A stretch of 63,270 nt of DNA, filler included, from Octopus bimaculoides (taxonomy: Eukaryota), in the NCBI RefSeq assembly GCF_001194135.2. It is 4 parts of 4 records of this genome, joined end to end, with 100 filler letters (N's around TTAATTAATTAA, not from the genome) between each part and the next. Parts side by side here need not be neighbours in the genome. Positions count along the whole stretch, not along the records: positions 1 to 14,995 come from NC_068986.1; 3 more parts are not named here. One strand, 5' to 3'. Of this stretch, positions 1 to 12,948 are shown one piece after another. The position numbers were made by a program, and so were the translations under genes. The notes under the pieces were generated by a model. The model did not search any database. It was not told where the DNA came from and saw only the letters and a list, made by a program, of their open reading frames with translations. Numbering within the stretch: position 1 is the stretch's first letter; each line of letters starts with the position of its first letter.

Positions 1-183
1 GGTGGTGGTGGTGGTGGTGGTGGTGGTGTTGGTGTTGTTGTTGTTGTTACTCTTCTCTACTCTTTTTTGTTTTATCTTTTCATTCTTCATTTTTTCTTTT
101 CCTTCTTTTACAACAAATATGTCTGCCAAAATTTCATTTCACTTGGCTAGAGTTGTGGTGATGACCTTCAATTATAGTTGGTG

Positions 184-246
<63 letters not shown>

Positions 247-501
247 AAAGTTGTAACAATAAAGGTAGAAGCTGGTGGTCTTGCATTTATTGTTGTTGTT
301 GTTGTTGTAAGCATTGGTTCAAACATTTGTTGTTATGCCTGTGTTGTTTTTACTTTTGTTATTAATGTTATTTTCTTATTATTGTTATTATTGTTAATAT
401 TGTTGGAGTTTTTTAGTTTTTTTTTTTTTGTAGAATGTTTTTCCGATAGCACGTTTGGCTATTATCTGAGTCCTCTTGTCCTTCAAATAAACCAAATAAA
501 G

Positions 502-534
<33 letters not shown>

Positions 535-539
535 GCAAC

Positions 540-592
<53 letters not shown>
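1..592. repeat. (GGT)n/(GTA)n/(GCA)n microsatellite cluster
   Basis: Long pure GTA and GGT runs visible directly. Confidence 0.95.
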
Positions 593-1340
593 GGATCTAT
601 TTCAAAACGGGGGCACCAGTATTTTCTTAACGAAACACTAACGAAAGACTTTGAAACTTGGGACACTGGTAGAATGTGTCATATAAAACATCTTTTACTC
701 TTAGTCTTCTTAACAAAAAAACGTACATCGCAAGTTATTCCATGTTAAAGTTGTCGTATTTCTGTAATTTCAACCNNNNNNNNNNNNNNNNNNNNNNNNN
801 NNNNNNNNNNNNNNNNNNNNNNNNNNNNNNNNNNNNNNNNNNNNNNNNNNNNNNNNNNNNNNNNNNNNNNNNNNNNNNNNNNNNNNNNNNNNNNNNNNNN
901 NNNNNNNNNNNNNNNNNNNNNNNNNNNNNNNNNNNNNNNNNNNNNNNNNNNNNNNNNNNNNNNNNNNNNNNNNNNNNNNNNNNNNNNNNNNNNNNNNNNN
1001 NNNNNNNNNNNNNNNNNNNNNNNNNNNNNNNNNNNNNNNNNNNNNNNNNNNNNNNNNNNNNNNNNNNNNNNNNNNNNNNNNNNNNNNNNNNNNNNNNNNN
1101 NNNNNNNNNNNNNNNNNNNNNNNNNNNNNNNNNNNNNNNNNNNNNNNNNNNNNNNNNNNNNNNNNNNNNNNNNNNNNNNNNNNNNNNNNNNNNNNNNNNN
1201 NNNNNNNNNNNNNNNNNNNNNNNNTTTTTCTGTTCTATAACATAAAATAGATAAGTATACGAAGTTTGAAAGTCTTTCGGTACCAAAAACACTACATAAA
1301 ACATAAATGAAAACTGGTGCCCCCGTTTTGAAATAGATCC
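593..1340. mobile_element. Non-autonomous DNA transposon with 28-bp perfect TIRs (interior gapped)
   Basis: GGATCTATTTCAAAACGGGGGCACCAGT at 593-620 and its exact reverse complement at 1313-1340; subterminal CGAAAGACTTT(G/C)AAACTT also mirrored; sits inside a (GTA)n tract. Confidence 0.85.
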
Positions 1341-1344
1341 AACA

Positions 1345-1353
1345 GTAGCAGTG

Positions 1354-1425
<72 letters not shown>

Positions 1426-1829
1426 TGATAATGACCATGATGATGGTTGTGGATAGTATTGGTGGTGGTGGCGAGACGGTCATGCCAGTGACAGTGGCGC
1501 TTATGTTTGTAGAACTGATAATTACTGTTGTGGCAGGCAAGGTAGATAACCGAAGTTGTGGTGGTCGTAATGAGGAGAGCGGGAGAAGGGGGAGATTTTT
1601 TTTTCCAGTCGTGGTGATAGGGAAGATGGTGGCGGCGGCGGCGGAGGAGGAGGAGGAGGAGGGTGTTCGTAGTTGTGGTTGATAATGATTGTGATGGTGA
1701 TGGTGATGCAGAGCTGAACAGTGATGTGATGATGATGATGACGACGATGATACTGGTGGTTGCAAGGAGGCGATGGCGATGGCGATCTTGCGATAATTGC
1801 TGGTAACAGAAGAAAGAAAGAAATAAATA

Positions 1830-1869
<40 letters not shown>

Positions 1870-2100
1870 AAGAAAGAAAGAAAGAAAGAAAGAAAAAAAG
1901 AAAGAAAGAGAGAGAGAGTAACAGAGAGACAGAGTAAAAGAGAGAGTAAAAGAGAGAGGTGGCGATGGTGGCAGCGGTCTTTAATGTTGATTTTAATTGT
2001 AAGGATGAAACAAGTGGTGGTGATAATGGTGGTGGTGAGAGCAATTATAGGAACGGTAGGGTTGAGGAGATGGTGAGGAAAGCGTGACTGAGTCCCTCTG
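1345..2100. repeat. Low-complexity GTA/GGT/GAT and (GAAA)n tracts
   Basis: Direct inspection. Confidence 0.9.
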
Positions 2101-2206
2101 CTTGTGTGTGTGTGTGCGTATGGGTGTGTGCGCATGCGTGTGTGCGTGTGTGTATATATATGTTGTATGTTTGTGTGGCTTAATATTTTAGCTTTTGTGT
2201 ATGAAA

Positions 2207-2379
2207 GTGGTTATGTGGTAAGAAGCTTCCTTCCCAACTATATGGTTCCGGGTTCAGTCCCACTGCGTGGCACCTTGGGCAAGTGTCTTTTGCTATAACC
2301 TCGGGCTATGATTGGATTTGGTAGACAGAAACTGAAAGAAGCCCGTCGTGTATACATACAATACATATGTGCTTGCGTG

Positions 2380-2412
<33 letters not shown>

Positions 2413-2636
2413 TTGTTTCTTTGTGTCTGTGTTTATCCCCCCATCACTGCTTGACAACCAGTGTTGGTGTGTTTGTGTCCCCGTAACTTAGTGGTTCAGC
2501 AAAAGTGACCGATAGAATAAGTACTAGGCTTTTTAAAAAAGCCTTGGGGTCGATTTGTTCGACTAAAACACTTCAAGGCGGTGCTCCAACATGGTCGCAG
2601 TCAAATGACTGGAATAAGTAAAAGAAAAAAAGAATA
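2207..2636 (+). mobile_element. SINE family A (tRNA-like head, CORE-like CCTTGGGCAAGT, internal (TG)n)
   Basis: A-box/B-box-like head (GTGGTAAG...GGTTCAGTCC), CACCTTGGGCAAGTGTC; about 20 full or partial copies across the window. Confidence 0.85.
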
Positions 2637-2659
2637 TATTAGTTGTTCCAGTTATGAGA

Positions 2660-2825
2660 CCGCGGCCATGCTGGGGCACAGCTTTGAAAAATATTAGTCG
2701 AATGAATCGACCCTAGTACCTACTTATTCTATCAGTCTCTTTTGCCGAACCACAAAGTTATAGGAACGTAAACAGACAAACACCAGTTGTCAAGCGGTGG
2801 GTGGGGGAACAGAGACAAACACAGA
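2660..2825 (-). mobile_element. SINE family A, 3' half, inverted relative to the 2207 copy
   Basis: GCGGCCATGCTGG...TTATTCTATC...TTTTGCCGAACC...GTTGTCAAGCGG is the reverse complement of the family A 3' half. Confidence 0.75.
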
Positions 2826-3189
2826 CTCAAAGACACATATTTAAAAGCTTTTGTGACAATTACTTAAGTCGCAATAATTAAATAAAGATATTTTTTTAAT
2901 TATTAACTATTTAAAACCCTTTTATTTAACAGAATGTCACTAATCTTTGTGGAAGAAGCTTGCGTATGGTGTGCATTGTATGTCTAGTGTGTATCTTGTA
3001 TGTTTGTGTTTTCGTTCTTCAACTTTTCAAACACACGTGTTCTGGGCAATGCGTATAGAGGAAGTTGCTTTTAGTAAAGGTGCTGGCTATTTCGGGTTTA
3101 GTTTCGGATTTAGAATTTTTATAAAGTATTCTTTTTCTCTCTTTCAGAGTTAATTATTTTCATCTTTTATTTTGTAAAAGTTTGGTTCC

Positions 3190-4000
3190 TAGTTTCATGA
3201 CAAATGACATGGACTTCCAAACCATATTCAAGGAATATGATATAAAGCGACGATTCTAGTTAGCTTTGATGAAATCACCCTCCACACAAATATCCTCCAT
3301 GGATTAGGATTACAAACAGTATAACTCTGGATAGACAAATACCTACAAAGAATTCAGAAGAAATTCCCGGAATAGTTTATACTTGAAGGATTACGATAAG
3401 TACTGGAAAACAGCTACTTTTTTGATAACCAATATTACCAACAAATATATGGCATAGTAATGGTGACGAAAGCCCCACCGACGTTTGCGACTCTAGTAAC
3501 AGGATATCTGGAAGGAAAAATTTATACCCTGTCTAGAATTACAGTGAATTATCATTTTCAAACTTATCTAATAGGAAACTAGAAAAGTTTCCTGGATGAC
3601 TGTTTCATGTTTTGGAACAAAAGTAAGGTGGACGTTACAAGATTCTTTAAATTAATAAACAGCATTTATGAATCGACACAGTTTACTATGCAAATTAATG
3701 AAAGGTTACTCCTTTTTGTGAACATTCTAATAATTAAAGAAAATGGGACAGTTACTGCCGATCTCTACAGTAAGGACCCAAACAACTGTATTTAGATTTC
3801 TGATCTTGCCACGCTTCCCGTATAAAAAGAAACATACCATTCAACATGACAAGACGTATATATTCAACAGTTACAGACACAAATAGACGAGAGAAATTAC
3901 TGGTAGGACAAAATATGTTCAAAATATGTTCCTTAAAAAGTAGAAATATCCTAACAGGCTAATAAATCATGCCGTAACCAAGGCAACAGAAATCCCGGAG
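3190..4000 (+). mobile_element. Degraded Penelope-like element reverse transcriptase
   Basis: Manual translation across stops and frameshifts: LVSFDEITLHTNILHGLG...FDNQYYQQIYGIVMVTKAPPTFATLVTGYLE...FLDDCFMFW...FTMQINERLLLFVNILIIKENGTVTADLYSK...KYPNRLINHAVTKA, matching PLE RT motifs. Confidence 0.85.
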
Positions 4001-4786
4001 AAAAATTCATACGGGGCACTGTTGTGTCAATGCCCCAGGCGAAGAGGTAGGATCTCCCAAGACATATAAATAGAGGTAGTCTGGCCGTGGTAGGTGTGTT
4101 GAGTAGCAGTCGAGTAGCAGTTGTGTAGCGGTTGAGTAGAGATCATCTGAAGGTGCTAGATAGCAGTAGCTTGAGACATAACAGGTACCAAAACAGAAAT
4201 GCAAATATAAATATTCCTTGTGTAGTTAGCCATAATCGTAGGAACTACAACATCCGACATTCGNNNNNNNNNNNNNNNNNNNNNNNNNNNNNNNNNNNNN
4301 NNNNNNNNNNNNNNNNNNNNNNNNNNNNNNNNNNNNNNNNNNNNNNNNNNNNNNNNNNNNNNNNNNNNNNNNNNNNNNNNNNNNNNNNNNNNNNNNNNNN
4401 NNNNNNNNNNNNNNNNNNNNNNNNNNNNNNNNNNNNNNNNNNNNNNNNNNNNNNNNNNNNNNNNNNNNNNNNNNNNNNNNNNNNNNNNNNNNNNNNNNNN
4501 NNNNNNNNNNNNNNNNNNNNNNNNNNNNNNNNNNNNNNNNNNNNNNNNNNNNNNNNNNNNNNNNNNNNNNNNNNNNNNNNNNNNNNNNNNNNNNNNNNNN
4601 NNNNNNNNNNNNNNNNNNNNNNNNNNNNNNNNNNNNNNNNNNNNNNNNNNNNNNNNNNNNNNNNNNNNNNNNNNNNNNNNNNNNNNNNNNNNNNNNNNNN
4701 NNNNNNNNNNNNNNNNNNNNNNNNNNNNNNNNNNNNNNNNNNNNNNNNNNNNNNNNNNNNNNNNNNNNNNNNNNNNNNNNNNNNAG

Positions 4787-4924
4787 AATTTTTATACCTT
4801 TCAACCTTTCAATCAAGTCCGCCTTTCTTCCAGTAACATACTGTCCATATAATCTTAAATATTTCTTTAACTCAGGCACAGTAAGTACTTCGATAGCTGA
4901 ATCATCAAGCTGCTTTATATCCAT
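4787..4924 (-). mobile_element. SAP-domain ORF start, probably in a DNA transposon; runs into a gap
   Basis: MDIKQLDDSAIEVLTVPELKKYLRLYGQYVTGRKADLIERLK fits the SAP pattern (L.V.ELK..L...G...G.KA.LI.RL); ATG lies about 110 bp inside a GGGCTTTCC end that abuts (TA)n at 5031. Confidence 0.7.
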
Positions 4925-5039
4925 GATAAGACGTAAAACAATAACAATGGCGTGGGTTAGCCTCCGGAAGTTTAATTATCTACATGGAGCGCCGCCTAGC
5001 CAAGGGAGATAACCTACTTATAGGAAAGCCCTATATATA

Positions 5040-5075
<36 letters not shown>

Positions 5076-6533
5076 TGTATGTATGTGTGAGTGTGTGTGT
5101 GAGTGTATGTACGTATGTATGTATGTGTGTATGTGTGTGTGTTCGTAAGACTAGTATTTATTATGTATATCTCTACGTATCTGTATGCATGTATGTGTGT
5201 GTGGAACTGTATATACGTACTATATGCGCATAGTTTATTTATATTTATGTTCATTTCTTGTTATTGTCACGATTCTATTCATTATTGTTCTTATGTCTTC
5301 ACTTATATTTGATCATTCTATTGCTTGCTTTTTGTTTTTTATCGTTTTTTTTTTTTTCTTCTTAGGATTTTTGAGGTGGTGTGATGGTGTATGTATGTCT
5401 GTGTTTACATTCTGTGAGTGTGTCCCGTGTGTTTCTATGTAGCTGCCGGTGCTTGTTTCTGTAGGATAAAAGGATTTTAGTGAAATGAAAGTCGGGGTTA
5501 GAAATAAACATAAACAGAACAAGAAAACGAACACGTGACTAACTTCCACGTTTTTACACCGTTTTGCCAAGACGCTGTTTGTAAACGTCTGTGTATACAT
5601 ACATACATTCATATACATATGTGTGTGTGTATGTATGTATGTATGTATGTATGCATACTTGCATGCATGTATGTATGTATGTATGTAAGTATGTATGTAT
5701 GTATGTATGTATGTATGTATGTGCACTCTCGTTTAAAAGGTAATGTATACAAATTTTTAAGGTCAGTGAATTATTTCTGTCTGCTTGATAGTATGTCAAT
5801 GTATGTGCATATATGTGTGTGTGTGTGTNNNNNNNNNNNNNNNNNNNNNNNNNNNNNNNNNNNNNNNNNNNNNNNNNNNNNNNNNNNNNNNNNNNNNNNN
5901 NNNNNNNNNNNNNNNNNNNNNNNNNNNNNNNNNNNNNNNNNNNNNNNNNNNNNNNNNNNNNNNNNNNNNNNNNNNNNNNNNNNNNNNNNNNNNNNNNNNN
6001 NNNNNNNNNNNNNNNNNNNNNNNNNNNNNNNNNNNNNNNNNNNNNNNNNNNNNNNNNNNNNNNNNNNNNNNNNNNNNNNNNNNNNNNNNNNNNNNNNNNN
6101 NNNNNNNNNNNNNNNNNNNNNNNNNNNNNNNNNNNNNNNNNNNNNNNNNNNNNNNNNNNNNNNNNNNNNNNNNNNNNNNNNNNNNNNNNNNNNNNNNNNN
6201 NNNNNNNNNNNNNNNNNNNNNNNNNNNNNNNNNNNNNNNNNNNNNNNNNNNNNNNNNNNNNNNNNNNNNNNNNNNNNNNNNNNNNNNNNNNNNNNNNNNN
6301 NNNNNNNNNNNNNNNNNNNNNNNNNNNNNNNNNNNNNNNNNNNNNNNNNNNNNNNNNNNNNNNNNNNNNNNNNNNNNNNNNNNNNNNNNNNNNNNNNNNN
6401 NNNNNNNNNNNNNNNNNNNNNNNNNNNNNNNNNNNNNNNNNNNNNNNNNNNNNNNNNNNNNNNNNNNNNNNNNNNNNNNNNNNNNNNNNNNNNNNNNNNN
6501 NNNNNNNNNNNNNNNNNNNNNNNNNNNNNNNNN

Positions 6534-6600
<67 letters not shown>

Positions 6601-6684
6601 ATGTATATATATATGCATTATATTTACATACATATATGTATGTATATATATGTGTGTGTATGCATTATATATGCATACATATAC

Positions 6685-6715
<31 letters not shown>

Positions 6716-7039
6716 TGTGAAAATACACATATACATATGCTTACGTATGTTTATACTCGAACAAAGACACACATTGAAACACACGTGTTTGTTTATCTAG
6801 GTGTTAATTTTTGCTTTCTTATGTTTTTGTCTTCATTTTCACACGTTCTTGTTTTAATTATACTTTGTGTCTGTGTCTAGAGTCTCAATACAGCAATGGC
6901 AGTGGATGGGGGAATCTGTAAGAAATTGGTTAGAAGGTTGTTTGGTGATATCTAAGTATTTTCTTGTGCATTCTGAGTTCGAATCCCTCAGGCGTCTACT
7001 CGTTTTTGCATCCCATCAAGGTAAATAACATTGGATTTA

Positions 7040-7430
7040 AATTTTGGCACGAAGCCGGCAAGTTCGGGTGGGTGCGTTGATTACATTATCTCCAGTGCTC
7101 AACTGGTACTTATTTTATCGATCTCGAAAGGATGAAAGGCAAAGTCGACTCCGGTGGTATCTGAACTCAGAACATGAAGAGAGACGAAATGCGGCTAAGC
7201 ATTTTGCCCGGCGTTGTAACAGCTCTGCCAGCTAATATTGTTTCAAATTTCGTCACAATGCCAGCAATTTTGGTGGTTGGTCAATTACATCGACTGCCCC
7301 ACTTTGACTGGTGCCTCATTTGATCGACCTCGAAAGGATAAAATGTAAAGTTGACCTCGGCAGAATTTGAACTCAGAAGATAAAGATTCGGAAGAAATGT
7401 TGCTAAGAACTTTCTCCAACCGTGTTAACN
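7040..7430 (-). mobile_element. Two tandem SINE family B copies
   Basis: Repeated ACTGGTACTTATTTTATCGA...GAAAGGATGAAAGGCAAAGTCGAC...GAACTCAGAA...GAAATG...CTAAGCATTTTGCCC block. Confidence 0.8.
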
Positions 7431-8392
7431 NNNNNNNNNNNNNNNNNNNNNNNNNNNNNNNNNNNNNNNNNNNNNNNNNNNNNNNNNNNNNNNNNNNNNN
7501 NNNNNNNNNNNNNNNNNNNNNNNNNNNNNNNNNNNNNNNNNNNNNNNNNNNNNNNNNNNNNNNNNNNNNNNNNNNNNNNNNNNNNNNNNNNNNNNNNNNN
7601 NNNNNNNNNNNNNNNNNNNNNNNNNNNNNNNNNNNNNNNNNNNNNNNNNNNNNNNNNNNNNNNNNNNNNNNNNNNNNNNNNNNNNNNNNNNNNNNNNNNN
7701 NNNNNNNNNNNNNNNNNNNNNNNNNNNNNNNNNNNNNNNNNNNNNNNNNNNNNNNNNNNNNNNNNNNNNNNNNNNNNNNNNNNNNNNNNNNNNNNNNNNN
7801 NNNNNNNNNNNNNNNNNNNNNNNNNNNNNNNNNNNNNNNNNNNNNNNNNNNNNNNNNNNNNNNNNNNNNNNNNNNNNNNNNNNNNNNNNNNNNNNNNNNN
7901 NNNNNNNNNNNNNNNNNNNNNNNNNNNNNNNNNNNNNNNNNNNNNNNNNNNNNNNNNNNNNNNNNNNNNNNNNNNNNNNNNNNNNNNNNNNNNNNNNNNN
8001 NNNNNNNNNNNNNNNNNNNNNNNNNNNNNNNNNNNNNNNNNNNNNNNNNNNNNNNNNNNNNNNNNNNNNNNNNNNNNNNNNNNNNNNNNNNNNNNNNNNN
8101 NNNNNNNNNNNNNNNNNNNNNNNNNNNNNNNNNNNNNNNNNNNNNNNNNNNNNNNNNNNNNNNNNNNNNNNNNNNNNNNNNNNNNNNNNNNNNNNNNNNN
8201 NNNNNNNNNNNNNNNNNNNNNNNNNNNNNNNNNNNNNNNAAATGGACAGGTGAGAAAAAAGGTGTGCGGAGATAATGAGCGAATATAACGTAATGGGTGC
8301 GTCTTTAGTTTGCCGTGAAGAGAGGTGGGAGGTAAGGAAGTGTTATGGTCGTGTGTATGTTTTGTCTGTGAGCGTATCTATGTATGCGTGTG

Positions 8393-8426
<34 letters not shown>

Positions 8427-8837
8427 AGTATATGTGTGTGAGTGTGTGTGTTCATATATAAATATATGCATATGTGTATGTATGTATACATGTATGTATA
8501 TACTATGTATGTATGTATGTATGTATGCGTTTGTTTCGTCTGTAAATGTGTGCCTCTGTGTGTGTGCGTACGTGTGTGTGTGTGCATGTGAACGTGTGTG
8601 CGTGTGGGGGGGAGGTGTAGACAGATGAATCATCGGTTTGTGACTCATGCCAATGATGTGTTGCATAAGTCAAGGTTTTTGTAGACTTTCAGGATAACGA
8701 ACTGAACAACGAGGAACACAAGAACTTGAGGGAAGGCAGTTAGGGGGGAAAAAGAATGGTGGACGCATTCGTATACCAGTAAGTGCATGTCTGTGTACGC
8801 CTGCATACATTTGTATAAATATGGTGAGTCTGTTTTC

Positions 8838-8900
<63 letters not shown>

Positions 8901-9358
8901 TTATCACGTATGGAATGAAACTTAATATTGAAAATCATGTTTAGCTAGAAAGTTTAAACTTTTGGACTTTTAATTAAGTTAACTAATTACTCTTATCATC
9001 GTGATAAGAAGGAAATTACAGATTTGACCGTCTTTAATTCAAGGTAGAATGAGGAAAAAGTTTAAAATCGCATTTTATAATAATTCATTACAATTTTGAC
9101 ACAAGACCAGAAAGTTGGAAGGGAACGGGCAAGTTTCGAAAATCTCAAGATGCTAAGTTGATCTGGACGGGATTTGAAACCAGAGCATAAGGAACCAGAA
9201 GAAATACCACTAAGCACTTTGTTCAACGCTTTATTTTGCAGACGGAGTGCCACGAATGTACATTATAATAATGGAAATTCATGAGAAATCGATTTTTTTT
9301 TCTTTTGTTTCACCGCCTTGTCGGACAAGGAAGAGTCGCAGTTATTTCCCTTTTACAG

Positions 9359-9448
9359 ACGGGAGTCAAGAAGGAAGGAATTTCATCTCAGACCTCAGAG
9401 TTAGCCAGAATACTTGCAACAGTGTGAACAACACCGAAAGTACCAGAG
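9359..9448 (+). CDS. Candidate isolated exon (DGSQEGRNFISDLRVSQNTCNSVNNTESTR), product unknown
   Basis: Strong acceptor TTTCCCTTTTACAG, 90-nt phase-1/phase-1 open exon, weak donor GAG|GTGTAT; no recognisable domain. Confidence 0.2.
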
Positions 9449-10217
9449 GTGTATGGTAGTGGTCTTAAGAGTGAGGGTTAAGTCTACCACTCAACAACTC
9501 AGAAAACAAAGAGGCAAAACAAATAACGCGGGTATTTTGTCCGATGGTTTGGCTACTCTGTAAACTCACTACTCCGGACGGGTACTTTATAAATAAATAA
9601 ATAAATAAACAAATAAATAAATAAATAAATCTATTAATCCAATTTACATCGAATATTTTTTATCGATTACAATAAGTAAAGNNNNNNNNNNNNNNNNNNN
9701 NNNNNNNNNNNNNNNNNNNNNNNNNNNNNNNNNNNNNNNNNNNNNNNNNNNNNNNNNNNNNNNNNNNNNNNNNNNNNNNNNTATTATTATTATTATTATT
9801 ATTATTATTATCATTATCATCATCATCACCACCATCCTCGTCGTCGTCGTCGTAATCATCATCATCATCATCCTCATCATCATTATTATTATTGTTAATT
9901 TTGTTATCATTGTATCGTTGGCTTTCTTTGCATCATCTATGGAATTATGTTTCTCTCGGGAAATTTATGCATACGCATGCGCAAACACAAACACAAGCAC
10001 AAACACGCGCAAGATAAACACAAACGCACACACACACACGCATACACACAAACATACACACACGTGTGCGCGTGCAAACATATACACGTACACAAAACAG
10101 AAGCACAAACGCAAATACACGCACGCATGCACAAACACACAAATATTGATATGCATGTGTACCTCTGTGTGTGTGTGTGTGCCTGCGCGCGTGAGTGTGT
10201 GTGTGTGTGTGTGTGTA

Positions 10218-10265
<48 letters not shown>

Positions 10266-11236
10266 NNNNNNNNNNNNNNNNNNNNNNNNNNNNNNNNNNN
10301 NNNNNNNNNNNNNNNNNNNNNNNNNNNNNNNNNNNNNNNNNNNNNNNNNNNNNNNNNNNNNNNNNNNNNNNNNNNNNNNNNNNNNNNNNNNNNNNNNNNN
10401 NNNNNNNNNNNNNNNNNNNNNNNNNNNNNNNNNNNNNNNNNNNNNNNNNNNNNNNNNNNNNNNNNNNNNNNNNNNNNNNNNNNNNNNNNNNNNNNNNNNN
10501 NNNNNNNNNNNNNNNNNNNNNNNNNNNNNNNNNNNNNNNNNNNNNNNNNNNNNNNNNNNNNNNNNNNNNNNNNNNNNNNNNNNNNNNNNNNNNNNNNNNN
10601 NNNNNNNNNNNNNNNNNNNNNNNNNNNNNNNNNNNNNNNNNNNNNNNNNNNNNNNNNNNNNNNNNNNNNNNNNNNNNNNNNNNNNNNNNNNNNNNNNNNN
10701 NNNNNNNNNNNNNNNNNNNNNNNNNNNNNNNNNNNNNNNNNNNNNNNNNNNNNNNNNNNNNNNNNNNNNNNNNNNNNNNNNNNNNNNNNNNNNNNNNNNN
10801 NNNNNNNNNNNNNNNNNNNNNNNNNNNNNNNNNNNNNNNNNNNNNNNNNNNNNNNNNNNNNNNNNNNNNNNNNNNNNNNNNNNNNNNNNNNNNNNNNNNN
10901 NNNNNNNNNNNNNNNNNNNNNNNNNNNNNNNNNNNNNNNNNNNNNNNNNNNNNNNNNNNNNNNNNNNNNNNNNNNNNNNNNNNNNNNNNNNNNNNNNNNN
11001 NNNNNNNNNNNNNNNNNNNNNNNNNNNNNNNNNNNNNNNNNNNNNNNNNNNNNNNNNNNNNNNNNNNNNNNNNNNNNNNNNNNNNNNNNNNNNNNNNNNN
11101 NNNNNNNNNNNNNNNNNNNNNNNNNNNNNNNNNNNNNNNNNNNNNNNNNNNNNNNNNNNNNNNNNNNNNNNNNNNNNNNNNNNNNNNNNNNNNNNNNNNN
11201 NNNNNNNNNNNNNNNNNNNNNNNNNNNNNNNNNNNN

Positions 11237-11288
<52 letters not shown>

Positions 11289-11443
11289 GAGAGAGAAAGG
11301 GAGAGAAGAGTGAGAGAGGTTGAGAGAAAGAGAGAGAGGAAAAGGCAGAACGAGAAAAAGAGAGAGGCAGAGAGACAGAGGGAGAGAGATTGAGACAGAG
11401 AGAGAGTGTAAGAAAGACAAGCACTCAGATTCACACAATACTT

Positions 11444-11482
<39 letters not shown>

Positions 11483-11868
11483 ACACACACTCACACACAC
11501 ATTCACAATCACACACTCACACACTAATGCACACAAGTAGGTCTGCACACAGACACTTACATGCACACATATACATACATACATACATACACACACATAC
11601 ACATACGTACATACATACAAACAAACATACATACAGACAGACAGACAGACAGGACAGGCAGACAGACACGCACACACACACACACACACAGACATGCACA
11701 CAAACTCGCTCAGATAGAGAAAGTGAAAGAGAAAGAGAGAGAAGACATGTACTTACACACATGCGTGTGAGTGTGTGTGTGTGTGCGTGTGTACGTGTGT
11801 GATTGCATACACACAGACATACACACCGACATTCACCCCCCTACCCACCACCTCACACACACCTTCAC

Positions 11869-11899
<31 letters not shown>

Positions 11900-11980
11900 G
11901 AGCAAGAAAGACAGAGAAAGGGGGATGAGAAAGACATGCATATACATTCACACACACACATGGACAGAGAGAGAGACGCG

Positions 11981-12033
<53 letters not shown>

Positions 12034-12827
12034 AGTCACTCACTCACTACGGCATTTCAACAAGAAGCTTGCTTTACCGGTTGTCATCACAAACCGAACA
12101 GGCTGAAGCGCAACAGTTTTCACTGACTCTTCAACAAGAATACTCTGTTTAGTCAGATGTTTGTAAACCATTTCAACGCTAACTTCGCATAGACGTGAAA
12201 AGATTCTTACATCAAAATTCCATTAGGATATCAAATTGAGTTCCCGAAAATAGAATGTCGAAACCAAAGTTCACTTAATTAGCCGCGGAACTCAAGTAGG
12301 TTTTATCTACGATAAGCTCAAACGTAGTATAACAATGAAAGCTGTTTTACCCATAATGCCTTGGTCGTCAATAGCCATCGGCTTTGGGTTTCTTTGGCCG
12401 CTGGTGACAAAACGATTGTAAAACAGCACTTCTTTAACTGTGATAAAACACGCAAGAATGTAGCATGAATATTTCCTTGTCGACATTCTTGAACCCGAGA
12501 GGCAGATAACTTAAACAATTGCTTCTCTATTCTCTTATATATTAAATACTATGGTAGATACTTCACTTGGTTTATGTTAAATTGCCAAATGCACATTTTT
12601 TCGAGTAAACTTTCGGAATCATATATAATATCTAAAAAAGAAAAAGAGGTGGCTGTAGGTGTGAGGGGTCTCGGAATTTAAGGTAGGGTTCGTTTCTTGG
12701 CTCAAATAATCGGAAATAGCTTCTTAAGTACTAATCGTATAGCCATACATAATGCCGATATTCTGTACAATAAGGGTAACATACGTGGGAAAATTTCGCT
12801 CTTCAGCTCGTATCTCTCGCGAAGGGC

Positions 12828-12860
<33 letters not shown>

Positions 12861-12873
12861 CGTAAATATATGT

Positions 12874-12948
12874 GAAGGCACATGGCTCAGTGGTAAGAGC
12901 ATCGAGCTTACGATCGTGAGGTTGTGAGTTCGATTCCCGGACCGGGCA
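12874..12948 (+). mobile_element. tRNA-like SINE head resembling family C (body absent)
   Basis: GAAGGCACATGGCTCAGTGGTAAGAGC...GAGTTCGATTCCCGGACCGGGC resembles the head of the 45009 SINE. Confidence 0.7.

Noticed and set aside
12874-12948. Possible tRNA gene (also the heads at 40321 and 45009)
   Set aside because: A/B boxes are present but I could not form a proper cloverleaf, and the heads run into SINE bodies or a transposon.
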